Assembly (NCBI GenBank): GCA_012295275.1
Contig: CM022673.1
Location: 28,954,001 to 29,018,000, forward strand
Direction: 5' to 3'
From: Chrysomallon squamiferum
Lineage: Eukaryota > Animalia > Mollusca
Length of the DNA: 64,000 bases
Positions 51,372 to 64,000 of the stretch are shown piece after piece. How positions within the stretch are numbered: position 1 is the first letter of the stretch; each line of letters begins with the position of its first letter. The notes under the pieces were generated by a model that was not told the DNA's origin, did no database searches, and saw only the letters and a program-made list of their open reading frames with translations. A program made the translations under genes and the position numbers.

Positions 51372-53177
51372 ATGTCTCCAACGAAAAAGAGAAAAGTAGA
51401 TGATGAATGCCGAGTTTTTAAGGAGGAATGGACATATCAATATTTTTTCACTGCGGTAAATGGGAAAGCAGCGTGTTTAATTTGTAATGAGGGAATATCA
51501 GTTTTTAAAGAATATAATTTGAAAAGACACTATAATACAAAACACGCTGGATACAGTGAAGGACTATCAACAGAGCAAAAGGTTAATAAAGCTGCTGATA
51601 TGGTGAAAAATCTAATAAAGCAACAGTCGCTTTTTTCAAAGACACAATCCATTCACATTTCAGCAACAGAAGCTAGTTTTTATATTAGTTACAAAATTGC
51701 ACAATGCAAAAAACCTTTTTCTGATGGAGAATTTGTAAAAGACTGCATTGTGGATGCGGCACGCATACTTTGTCCAGAAGCACAGAATAAATTTGAAAAT
51801 ATTGCACTATCAAGGAATACAGTTATGAGAAGGGTACAAGATATCAGCAAAGATTTGTCCCAACAGCTTCACACTGATTTCATGTGGTTTTCATTAGCTC
51901 TGGATGAAAGCAATGATGTTCAGGACATTGCACAACTCATGATATTTATACGTGGTATCAAGTCAGATTTTACAATTTCAGAGGAGTTGTTATCAGTTGA
52001 ACCTTTAAAAGGCACAACTACGGGGGAAGACCTGTGTAAATGTGTAATAAAGTGTGTGGAGGAGGCTGGCCTGCCGTGGAATAAATTGGTGAGTATCACT
52101 ACTGACGGTGCACCTGCTCTAACTGGAAAAAACAAAGGCATGATTAGCCTCCTACAAAAGAAGATTAAAGAAAACTGTCCTCAGCATGAAATATGGAAAT
52201 TTCATTGTATCATTCATCAAGAAAGTTTATGCAAGTCAGCTCTGGATTTTAATCATGTGATACGTCCTGTAGTTGAAGTAGTTAATCTACTCAGATCCAG
52301 ACCATTATCACACAGACAATTCAAGACATTACTGGATGATATTGAGACTGAATATAAAGATGTGCTATATCACAATAGTGTTCGATGGCTTAGTCATGGG
52401 AAAGTTCTAAGAAGAGTCTTTGAACTAAGAGACGAAATTCTCCTTTTCCTTGATATCAAACAAATGAAATGTGATTTTATAGAGAAGATGAAAAATGATT
52501 ACTGGCTTTGTGGATTTTATGTTTGCCACTGAAATGTTTGAAAAGCTCAATTCTCTAAATTTGGAATTGCAAAGGAAAAGGATTATTTGTGCATGATATG
52601 TACACCAAAGTAAAAGCTTTTTTGAGGCAAAGCTCTCACTTTTGCCAAACAGATATCAGAATGTAATTTTATTCATTTTTCTTTGCTAAGGAAGGCAACA
52701 GTAGATAGTAAACTTGCTGAAAAATACAGCAATCAACTCTGCATCTTGAAACAAGAATTCCAAAGAAGATTTTCAGACTTCAGAGTAATGGATTCATCAT
52801 TTAATATACTTGTTTCACCCTTCAGTACAGAAATTGAGACAGCCCCTGGTGTTCTTCAGCTGGAACTAATAGATCTACAAGCTAATAATGAGCTGAAAAT
52901 GAAGTTTAGGAATATGCCTTTGGTAGAATTTTTCAAATATTTGCCTGCTGAAAAGTTTATCAATCTACGAGGTTTTGCTGCTAGGATGCTGTGTATATTT
53001 GGATCAACTTATATTTGTGAACAGACTTTTTCATGCTTAAATCAAACAAAGTCAAAAAACAGATCAGTATTGTCAGATGCAAATTTACAAGCAATTATGA
53101 AAGTTTCGACAACTAGTTTTACTCCAGACTTTAAAAGGCTTGTTCAAAATTGTGGACAGTTGCATTTATCTCATTGA
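51372..53177 (+). pseudogene. hAT transposase (GTF2IRD2/SPIN-like, about 600 aa) interrupted by indels at 52512-52643
   Basis: BED-like finger (CLIC...HYNTKH), catalytic D (LALDES), D (TTDGAPAL), CIIHQE, RWLS and E (STYICEQTFS). ORFs 51312..52532 and 52683..53177 are in the same frame and are bridged by LCDFMFATEMFEKLNSLNLELQGKGLFVHDMYTKVKAFEAKLSLF after four homopolymer indels are corrected. Confidence 0.92.
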
Positions 53178-54279
53178 TATATAAACCTTTTATTAAATAC
53201 AAGTGTAAACAAGATGGTGTTATTTATTGTTATTCTACTACAATAATATATATTTTAATAAAGATGGCAACCAGTTACGACAAATTTTACGTAAATTTCA
53301 TTTAATCCGGCCCTCCAGTGGCAAGAAAGTTGCAAATTTGGCCCTCTGGTAAAAAAGTTTGGCCACCCCTGTCATAGGCAATAAAAATATTTTTACTCTG
53401 TTCACAAAAAAAAAAAAGATAAAAAAAAAGAAGTAAAGATATAACTGAAAACTCTACGATTATTTTACATTACATCAAACACTGATATTACTAGCTCGTC
53501 TCCGCTGCCAATATCCCAAGTGACTTCTTGACGTGGTTATCACCAGCTACAAGTACTAGCGTCCATTCAGGATAAGGAGCCTGTCTTGTAGGATACGTTA
53601 ATTGCACGAGCACTTTTTAGCACTTGGCTGGCGTGCACGGGACTTGATGTTAACCAGCCGTCGACGTTCTGACGTTGGCAGCACGTGGCTGCTGACTGTG
53701 TTTTAATTACTGCGAAATCGCCAAAGCGATTACAGCTCGTTAATGACGTTTTAACTGAGTGTGTAAGTTCGTAATTCTTCCACTACGGGCAGGTCAGTTC
53801 CTTCAAGCGTAATTCCGAAAAGAAAATAAAAAAAAATTAAATGAATAATAAAAATAAATAAAAATAAATAAATAAATAAATAGGTAAATAGATAGATAAA
53901 TAAATAAATAAATAAATTAATTAATTAATTAAAAATTCATGTAGAGGATATGAATAACTTTTTAATATTACTCTGTTTAAAATTAAATTAAAAAAAAAAA
54001 AAAAAAAAAATAAATAAATAGGTAAATAGATAAATAAATAAATCAATAAATAAATAAAATTTCTTGTGGAGGATATAAATAATTTTTTTTTTAATTTTTT
54101 GGTGTGGCAGGATATATACGTTCTTCTTCGTCTTATTTATTTTTTAATTTTTTTTTTTCCAGCATAATCATTTTCCTTATCACCATCATAATCGATATTC
54201 ATTTTTTACTACTACTACTACTAGTAATATTATTTATTATTATTAGTAGTTTTTGTTGTAATAGTACCAGCAGCAGCAG

Positions 54280-54422
<143 letters not shown>

Positions 54423-54961
54423 AGAACAGCAGAAATGTATTCAAAACCATACTGACATTATTTGTCGTGAACTATCTGTCAGCTGGCGACCTCATATGTG
54501 ATATAGTTCTCAAAGCGTAATTTTCTCCTCTTTTTTTTTTCTTCTTTTTTTTTTTTTTTAAGAAAGAAAAAATGTTTAAAAAGAAAGAATAAAGAAAAGT
54601 TATTTATAGAAAGGGGGGGGTAATGATGTTTTTTACGAGAGCGAGACTTGCTCGTATTACTGGGTCGCATCAGTTAAGCGTTCTAACTTACAACGGCTTG
54701 TGTTTTCTTACAAGGGAAGCTTGTTGATTTATTGAGATGGGTTTTACAGCAGTCGCTGTAGTCGTCTGTGAGGGCGCATTGTGCTGGCACATGGCGAAGA
54801 AAAGCACGGCATTATATTCGTTTTCAAACGGGCGTGGGTTAGACCAGCGCTGATATAAGAAATCTCTGATACATCGTGACGTTTTTTTTTGATGATTCAG
54901 TTTTGACGAATCGTGCGAATTATAATTAATCTGAAAGAGCGTTTGTCATCAGCAGTGTAAG

Positions 54962-54993
<32 letters not shown>

Positions 54994-55016
54994 AGAGTAT
55001 TACCGTGTGTGTTTAT

Positions 55017-55270
55017 GTAGCTGGTTCAGTGGAAAAGCAGTGACCTGATGCTTGACTGTCTGCAGGTTCGTTTCATGTCGCTTCTTCCTGTGAGTTTTTT
55101 CTCGTTACAACCAGTGCTCGACAACAGGGTTATTAACTAAACCATAATTTAAAAAAAAAAAATAAAAAAAAAAAAAAAATAAAACAAATATATATATATA
55201 GATCTTTGAGTAATGGCAGTGTGTTTTCTCTCTCATTATCTACATAATCATTTAACTCAAATAAAACACT
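55017..55270 (+). mobile_element. Decayed tRNA-derived SINE
   Basis: A-box-like TGGTTCAGTGG, B-box-like GGTTCGTTTCA, body TTCTCGTTACAACCAGTGCTCGACAAC...TGGCAGTGTGTTTTCTCTCTCATTATCT and an AAATAAAACA tail. Family resemblance to gastropod SINEs is from memory only. Confidence 0.5.
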
Positions 55271-55777
55271 ATATTCACACATACATTAAAAATGTTTCCG
55301 GTCCTCCTTTAATTATGTCATATTCGGATATAAAAGAAAATAAACTTTTTTAAGGAAATGTGTCATGTACTGAATATGTCTCCTCTGTGTTCATTCACAG
55401 CAGTGTGTCATTAATTAGCTTCAGTGATGATCAGATATCACAGGGACACTGACAGATTGGTGCCAGCTGATTCCAGCCAAATGACCATTACAACACCAGC
55501 TGTCAGACGTGGTCGTTTTCATGTGTAAAACTCGTTTATTACAGAGAAGACTCTTTGACTTGTTCTCATTTAAACTTCTGGTGGTTTAGTTTCGAAAGTT
55601 AAACCACTGAGAATTAAAACCAAGTCCAGAATCATCAATTGAAATATATAGTAATGTTTAATACTGTGATTTGTAATGTTTGAAATGATGTCATATCTCT
55701 CTGTCTCTCTCTCCCTCGCTCTCTCTCTCTATTTATTTATCAGTCCGACTCATACTCACATACAAACTCACATACAA

Positions 55778-55832
<55 letters not shown>

Positions 55833-58443
55833 GAGACATTCAGTCTATCTTGCGTTAATAATATTCACGTCTCCTTGTCCTTTTGACCTGATACATATCA
55901 TTGGGAAAATATTTAATGACAAACATATGTACGTGCAATTACTGACTTAAGGTTGTTTTTTTTTGCTTGACTATATCTCTGTCTTTCTACATGAGTTTAT
56001 CAATACGTTATAATACGAAAAGCTTGTCGCAGAATCGTTTTTGAAGATGTTTAGGTTCGCGCACATTCAACTGAAGATAAAAAGAACAGAAAGCTGTATA
56101 GTCTTTGTAAAATACAGATCTTATCCGTTGAAAGTCAGGTTCTTTGGTTCAGTTTCAAAAACAATTGTCATTCCTATCACTGACACTTTTGTTTTTGCAG
56201 AAAAATTAAATAATTCCAGAGTGTTTCTCGCTGGCAGTTTTAGAATTAGATTAGAATTAGATTAGAAATAATGTATTTATTTACTGAAGTACATTTCCAA
56301 GTTATTGTTTTACTGGGCGCATGCGTCCATCCAACCTTTGCTAATAATAAAGTATGATTATACAGTAAGTAACAAGAACATCATCATGACAAGAAATAAC
56401 AAGATTTTTTCATGGACAGAAATATACTTCCATTTTAAATCCAGAGGGGACAAAAAAAAAAAAAAAAAATTAAATAAAAAAACAGGCGGTAACAAATATT
56501 CAAAAAGAACTATTTATCCATTACTCACTGACATTGGTATTGTCAGGAACGAAAAATACATGCTTTAATCAAATAGGTCAGCGTTTACTTAATCTCCGGG
56601 CCAGGTAATACCTGTTTTCAGTTACACAGTTGCGAGGATGTTGACAAAAGAAATGTAAAGTCGTGAACTCCAAGTGCCGCGGTATAGGCTGGTCTGAAGC
56701 TGCACGTGTTCGGCGTTAGAAGTGAAACAAGTTCCATTATGTCTCCGCGATCTGTCACAATGAGTATTCCGCAGAAAGTCGCCTGATATTTGACATACAT
56801 AAGGACCAGCGCTTATCTAAAACACATGAAGGTGGCATGATTTCAGGAATCATGATTTTGGTATTTCGGAATAAGATTATCGAAAGTCATGGCCAATGAA
56901 ATTTGAAAAATTAAAATTACTTAACGATGTGTCCATTCAAATTTAAGTTAGAATTGGTAAAAATATATTACCGTTGGAATTTTGAAACAAAAATGAGTAA
57001 ACGCCGTTATAATTGAAATTTTCAAATAAGTTCATTAAAATATTATTTTAAACTATTAAAAAAGTTAAAACCAGATTTAAAAAAATAATAATAATAATAA
57101 TTAAAAGAAATATGACAATTGGAATATTAAAATAAGATTGCCGAGAGCTATGATGACTAAAATTTAAAAGTAAAATAACAGCATTGTGAACTACACAATC
57201 GTATGATTTTTATCCATAATAATTGTTCTCAAAACTATTTTCTGTTATCCTTTTTACATATCAGTTTTACCATGCATAGGTCAGAAGTTACAACGGTTTA
57301 AAATTGCACAGGGGCTCTATAAACACTTTCTATTTGAAGAATATATTTTCCATGATCCTCACCCTAAATAAATTTTATCAGTATATAATCTAGACTTTGG
57401 AATTTGACACAGAACCAATCCTTCTTTGAGGAAACATTAAATCTAATAAACAGAGTATCTAATGAAATCAGTTTGTTATCTGAGTATAAGCCATGCTACA
57501 TCAGTATATCGTCTAACTGACCTTATTTTGTTCTCCTAAATGTTCACGCAGATTTGAAATTTGTGTTTAAATAATACAGTAATTATATATCAATTTATTT
57601 TAATGTATAATGTAAAACTCGAAACATAACGGTTGCTATTGGTGAATTTTATTAATACATTTTCGAAATAAAACATCATGACGTGTATGTAATCTTGGTG
57701 CAGCTGTCTGCACGAAATGACGTCATAGAACAAAAGCAAATACTATCAATTTTTGTACTTTATTATTAGCAAAGTATATAACCTATAACGTATTTAAGCG
57801 GTATGTTCCCACCATTTTAATATTTCCGTTTCCAAAATAAATGACCTTGTTAATTCATAACCCGACCAGTTCGTAGGCGCAAACAACAAAACGTTATATG
57901 GCGCGGGAAGTCAATGTAAATAGTTGTTATTGGGGGTCAAGGCCGACGTACACTTAAAGTAATGACGTAACCAGTCATTCCATAAATAACAACACGTGTT
58001 GTGCAAATGCGCTCCACTTAACAGAAATTATGGCGGGTAAAATTTAACCAAATTGACAATGGCCTTTCGAAACGACGGTTTGTTAATATGTTCCCAGTTT
58101 GTTTTCAGTCGCATCAGTGCATTCTTTTCACATAGTAGCGTTTCAAGTAAACCTTTGTCGTCAGAAATTGATTTGCGAGTTAATTTTGCTTGAGTTTCAT
58201 GGTGATTTATGTAATTAGATAAATTTGACACAAACCAGTACGGCATTATCTGTTAACCGACAATAGGGAGAGCAATTCCAGAATTCGGCTTGTTACGGGC
58301 TAAAAGTTCTTTAAAACAACCTTAACTATGTCATAAGAGAAGAAAACTTAATTAATTTGTTTATAAATTAAAGTACAGCAAACTTCGTGGCGAAGATAGA
58401 AATCAAAGTTTAGAAATTATTTATTTAGTTTTATTATCTCTAA

Positions 58444-58506
<63 letters not shown>

Positions 58507-59059
58507 TATGATAATCGAATTTTTTTTAGAGAATTATCGATCAAAAACTGCTGCTTGTTATTTCATTCATTATTCTTTTGTGAACGGAGCGCTGCTTCCG
58601 ACTATATATATATATTTTTTTTTTTTTTTTCCGTCTCAGAAGAAATATAACAGAAACAAATTTTCAGTAATAAATGTCTGCAGTATCAAATTACATAAAC
58701 CATTATTTCAAAGAGCAGTTATTAATAGTAGCATGTTTGTTTCTTTATCTTTAAAGCAAAAAATAAATATATTTTTTTAAATAATAAAAAAAACAAAAAC
58801 AAACCAAAACAAATAAAATGAAATAAAATAAAATAAAAAATATAAAATAAAACTAAGTAACTGACTGACTAACTAACTAAATAAATAAATAAGTAAATAA
58901 ATAAAATAGAATAAAATAAAATAAAATAAAATAAAAGTCTTCAGACAGCTCTAACACACTGTTTTATTACACCAGCCACAAACACATACTCGCGAAAGAA
59001 ACACTGACGGGAGTAGTTTTCCCCCGCAGATGAAGAAAACACCGTTTTGTATCACCCCC

Positions 59060-59461
59060 GACTTGCGAACAAAAAGCAGCGACCGGCCGGAATCAAGTCA
59101 GTCCACGTGACTGACGAACTCTCTCTCTCTCTCTCTCTCTCTCTCCGCTTTTCTCAACTTTTCGTCGTCCACAATCGTCAGTCGTGACGTGATAGCGCGG
59201 AACGAGAGGGTAGCACGCGCAGAAAACCATGGAAACTGGAAGGCATTAGAACAGTTGTCCCGGGCGGGGCTGTATGTGTTAGTGTATCGCGGAGGAAATG
59301 CGAGGGGAGTTACCGGCTGCAGTCCAGTGTTCTAGGATTCATTGTGCTTTCAGTGCCACCGAACTTCGTGCGTCGTCTTGGATAATATACTCTTCTTGCA
59401 CATTCCCGGATTTTTATTCTCATAGTTTACTTTCTACAAGACTTCCTTGCCGTTTCAAGGG
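59060..59461 (+). promoter_or_regulatory. Candidate promoter and non-coding first exon of a gene continuing beyond the window
   Basis: CpG/GC-rich island with CACGTG (about 59104), (CT)n and a GC box GGGCGGGG (about 59262), ending at donor GGG|gtaagc (59461/59462). Only a 6-codon uORF (METGRH*) was seen. Confidence 0.45.
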
Positions 59462-59793
59462 GTAAGCAGAATATTTTGTTACTGGAGCATGCACGTCTTT
59501 CTGTAATTCAATAACGATGCCAGCTCGACAGGCTTGATGGTAACAGGCAAATTACTGGCGGCTTTTCTCTGTAAATGTATGGTGTGTGTGTGTGTGGTGT
59601 GTCGGAAATTTATTCGGGGAGGGGGGAAAGATCGGATAATCTAAACAGTGGCATTTTATACAGTTAATATATAGAATATATGTATTTATTTCTTAGTCTT
59701 TTCTGATGTTTCTGTTAGTAATAGACATTGTCCTATTGGTTGCGGTCATTTCTGAAGTTTCTAAACATTTGTCTTTTAATCTCCGTCGTTTTT

Positions 59794-59881
<88 letters not shown>

Positions 59882-61375
59882 TGCTCATTAAAAAGTGTTG
59901 TATTCTAAACAGAAGTCTAAACTAGTGATACAGATTGTAATGGGACTGGCCAACATATCGTTAAGACAAGCACAACCATAAATCGAAGGCACTCGCTGCT
60001 GAGTCTGACTAGACTGTGTGAAATTTTTTGATTTATTTTAACGACTTACTGCTTCAAACACTGCTAAAAGTAGTCGAGCTGTTTACAAGTTGTTTATTAG
60101 TTACAAATTGATTTTTTTTTTCTTTTTTCTTTTTTTTGGTTTTGTTATTTGAAACTGTATTGTATGACTCACTGTTTTTCTTGTTCATTATTCTGCAAGA
60201 TATATGTATATTATTGTTATATGTATAATATCTCTCAATTAACTTTAATTATTACGATGCATGGTTTAACATTTCTGTTACAATTTTCGGTAAAATGTTA
60301 CGATAAGAATAATCGTTTATAATTCTTTCGTTTGTTAATAATTATAGCTTCAAAATAGAAACAAATAAAACAAAAATAATTTTGTTCCCAAAGATACACG
60401 AAAAACGATAACAGAATCTTATTTTTTGTTATTAATTTTTCAATTTTAAAAAAAATCTTTTAATTAATTAATTAACTAAATTATTTATTTTTGTAATGTG
60501 ACCATATTACTGAAATTGATTTTAAGCTAAAAGACGATGGAAAACAAATCTGCTGCAAAATATATTTATACAAGATGCGCAGTCTTATTTTTAAAAGGTG
60601 CAAGGTCCTTTCCACGTAATTATGTCATAATGTAAGAGTGTTACGTAATTTCACGGATGGTGTTCATCGTAAAAGAGATATTGCAGAAAAAACAAAAAAA
60701 AAAAAAAACAACTCCTAAAATTAATAAATAAATAAATTTAAAAATTTTAATGATCTGTCTGGTAATACAAGAAACGTGAACTGACAAACAACCTCGGATC
60801 TAACTGTAAATAAATTAAAAATAATCTTCTTTTAAAAATGACGAGATACTTGGGTCGTAACTGCTCAAAATACCGAGAAAACATCGTCCACTATCACTGG
60901 TATTATCAGCAGACTCAGGTTTCTTAACAAGAAACAAAGAAAATATCCACGAAAAGTATTCATATTTCCTCTAAGATACTGGAAGCAACGATGGGTGAGC
61001 TATTTCAGCGATTTCAAATAATATAAACACATGAAAGACCAGGTCTGCGAACTTCATACTGAGAACTGAGATAATTAAAGCTTGCGTAAAGTATTCGTAA
61101 TCTCGGGAAAGACGAGATTAAACCGACTGCGCGAGAGTTTATGACAGTTTGTTTGGTGTCAGGGCACAGTTTGAAAGTATGCGTCATAGGGATGATAACT
61201 TGGTCTCAGTTATATAATACAGACGTCTAAGTAAGCAGAGAATTCACATCTGGCACTTATCAACTTTCCGTTAATCTCTGCATCATTTTATTGTGTCTGC
61301 ACGTTCTTCATGTTGCAGGAACGATGACGCGTATCGCTAATTACTCGCATCATACATTCATTCCATGTGCATCAC

Positions 61376-61434
<59 letters not shown>

Positions 61435-61951
61435 TGTTTACTCAGGAACACCCACAACAGATACACTCAGATATTTCCACAGTCGTATGCAAAGATGTAT
61501 AAAGACACAAACATACTGAGTGATCTCACAGATCAATGTATAAACACAATATTTATTTATTTATTGCGCTTACGATTATTATGATTATTATTATTATTAA
61601 TATTATTAATGACTGCGTGAACTCTCTGACTACAGAATAGGGCGGTCGAAGACAGAGAACAAAAAACATGACTAACACACAGTAACTCAGAATTCTGCAA
61701 TTATTGCTAATGTCTCACTGGGTGGTACTGAACTGTTATTCAAAGACAATAAACATTACAAGCCTGTTGCTTTAATTTGTGAAACACGAGTCTGTGTTAT
61801 TACGTGTGACCAGTCATTTTTTATTTTGTTTTATGAGCTGCTGTACACACCTATTCTTATGTCGTTATAATAGAATCACCATCCGTAGATCGTCGACTGA
61901 GTCTTAGGATACAGGACCTAGGTCTGCGTAGATAAAAATAAACACACGCGC

Positions 61952-61989
<38 letters not shown>

Positions 61990-62189
61990 GCACACAAATT
62001 CGTATCTAGCAGTTTAACTGCTGAAGGTATTAAAACATATAAAACTCTCACTGCACGATCTAATCAGTAGCAAACTGAAGTAACGATAAAAAGATAGTCG
62101 TTGTCTGTACTCAGCGTCTTGTTTCTAAAACTGCCTGTCTACAGAGATTAATAGAAATATATATCTCTTTTTAAACGACAAGACAAACT

Positions 62190-62510
62190 GTAGCTCAGTG
62201 AAATAACCACAAACACTCGCCAGAAATGTCCAGGGTTCAGTGATCAGTTCTCCTTGTTCTACCCATTGGGCTGTTTCCCATTTTAATTCGTCTATCTCAT
62301 AAATGATTTACCAAAGACCATGGTGCATACTTTAATACTACCCAAGGTTTGGTGTATAAAAAATATTCCTCGCTGTTAATCATTAACTGTATATTACTGT
62401 GTGTCGGCAACGGCTTTTCTGTTCTGTTCTCAAAAATAAACAATATAATTCAAATATGTCAGTGTTTCTTTAAAACGATATTCCTTTATTCTCTATTTAA
62501 TTTTTCTATA
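62190..62510 (+). mobile_element. Decayed tRNA-derived SINE
   Basis: GTAGCTCAGTG head, then CCCATTGGGCTGTTTCCC...CAAAGACCATGGTGCATACT...CGGCAACGGCTTTTCT, roughly colinear with the 55017 copy. Confidence 0.45.
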
Positions 62511-64000
62511 CGATACATATGAAACATACTCCATATATTTGTATGATATGCTGAATGCGAACTCTAAGTTCATGTAGCAAAATATTTATAATGGCGGTTA
62601 TTATATATACGTTAATTGATAAATTGTGTTTGACATTTTGAAATGTTTTGTTATCGAAACTATAATATCACTGACTACTGAAGTTCATATGTTAGAGAGA
62701 GAGAGAGTGATATTTCTGCAATAAGGACATTTCTGGTGTTGTATATCTAATGTAATGCAATGAAAATGTTTGCAAGATTATTCCGACCTTTTATGTATGT
62801 AAATATGTATATGTGTATGTATGTATGTGTGCGTGTGTATGTATGCGTGTGTATGGTATGCATATATGTATGTATGAATGTATCTATGTAAGCGTGTATG
62901 AACGCCTTTATGCTTACGTATGTATGCATATGAAGATGTTACCATGTCAGTGTCTGTGGATGTTGTTTGTTAAAGTAAATGGAATACATAAACACTTGAT
63001 CAGAGCTATATCATGTCTATAAACACTCGTAACTGTATCTAAATGAATATCTTTATCAGAAAGCTACCAGTGCGATGTCTCTCACAGCTTTGTAAACATG
63101 CATGTAAATTACCAGTTTCTTGTTAGACGTAACAGACTCTCTCAGCGAGGCTGCTTCTAAATAAACGTTAGAAACAAGCGTTCTATCAGCAGGCTAAGAT
63201 ATGTGGATGCATGTAAGATATTTATGTAACAGCTGCAGAACTGGCTTGCGGCCAAAACATGCTCGTTTGCCTTGGTTACCTGGTCAGAAGTATTCAACAC
63301 GTTTTCGTAGGTTATTTATTTCTTCTGGTTTTTTTTTTTCTGTTTCTTTCCGTGGCAGCTTTTCCCGTTAGTCATCAGACAACAGGATATGGCTCAGTTA
63401 TTTAATTTAACGTCTTTGAATCGTAAAGCGTTTATTTTGTTGTTATCACCTCTGCAGAGAGCCGTGATTTAAGCAGCTTCTGTCTGTCGACTGGTTGCTG
63501 GTAGGATCGACTCTAGGTTCTGGCTTCTAATTGAATATAACTGGAGATGTGACAGGCGATTTCAGTTTTTTTTTTTTTTCAAAATAATTAACTAACACAC
63601 AACCACTGTGTTAGGCAAACAACACAAAAATCTCCAACTGTTTACCCACGACAGATGTGCTTGAACCTTCAGTGACAATTAGCACGTTTCAAACAGATTT
63701 TTTGGCTGTCATTCGTTAATCTGAAAGCACACAATTCTCCAACAGACTTTGTTACACATTACAATTACAGTTATTATTTCGAAATCAATGGTGTTGGGCT
63801 TGCGGTTATTTTATTTTATTTTATTTATCTATTTCGCTGCTATTTCACATATTTTATTTATACGTTTCGTGATTAAGATGTAACTGTAGTTATGATTATT
63901 GTATGAATAAATTGAATTACAATCGAATTCTCACGCTAGAATGCAATTAGGGATCATCGTTTTTCCTAGGAGACAAAAATCAATGATGCTACTGTAACCC

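Larger units (their letters stand above)
50828..53371 (+). mobile_element. hAT DNA transposon, Buster/Charlie (SPIN-like) group, full length
   Basis: 16-bp TIRs CAGTGGTGGCCAAACT and AGTTTGGCCACCCCTG match at 15/16. A perfect 8-bp TSD TCATAGGC sits at 50820-50827 and 53372-53379 (NNNTANNN, Buster-type). It encloses a transposase. Confidence 0.96.

Noticed and set aside
51920-52141. 73-aa minus-strand ORF
   Set aside because: It is an antisense shadow of the transposase.
62190-62260. tRNA gene (GTAGCTCAGTG)
   Set aside because: There is no cloverleaf or intact B box; it is better explained as a decayed SINE head.

Overview
AT-rich, microsatellite-dense, intron-containing animal genomic DNA. 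It is probably a gastropod mollusc, inferred from decayed tRNA-derived SINE pieces and a mosaic CpG pattern. Two host genes are readable. (1) A + strand Ly6/uPAR three-finger gene of the Quiver/Sleepless type has two coding exons at 10405-10554 and 11447-11685; its signal-peptide exon was not found. (2) A complete - strand PRAS40/AKT1S1 (Lobe-type) gene has 11 coding exons from 37389 to 30052, giving 371 aa by manual splicing, with a TOS-like FYLDE motif, YSSSVPISVP and the Akt site RPRLNT. Mobile DNA includes a young Buster/Charlie-type hAT (50828-53371) with a perfect 8-bp TSD, a duplicated left end and a transposase broken only by clustered homopolymer indels. There is also a deleted FLYWCH/Mutator-like element between (TG)n tracts, a Tigger-like MITE, other MITE-like pieces and SINE remnants. 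The most unusual signal is an 11-copy, ~56-bp minisatellite built from a PRAS40 intron/exon junction. Every unit carries a perfect TACTAAC branch point and most carry an intact 3' splice site, and only the last acceptor keeps the reading frame open. All alignments and translations were done by eye; no database searches were run.
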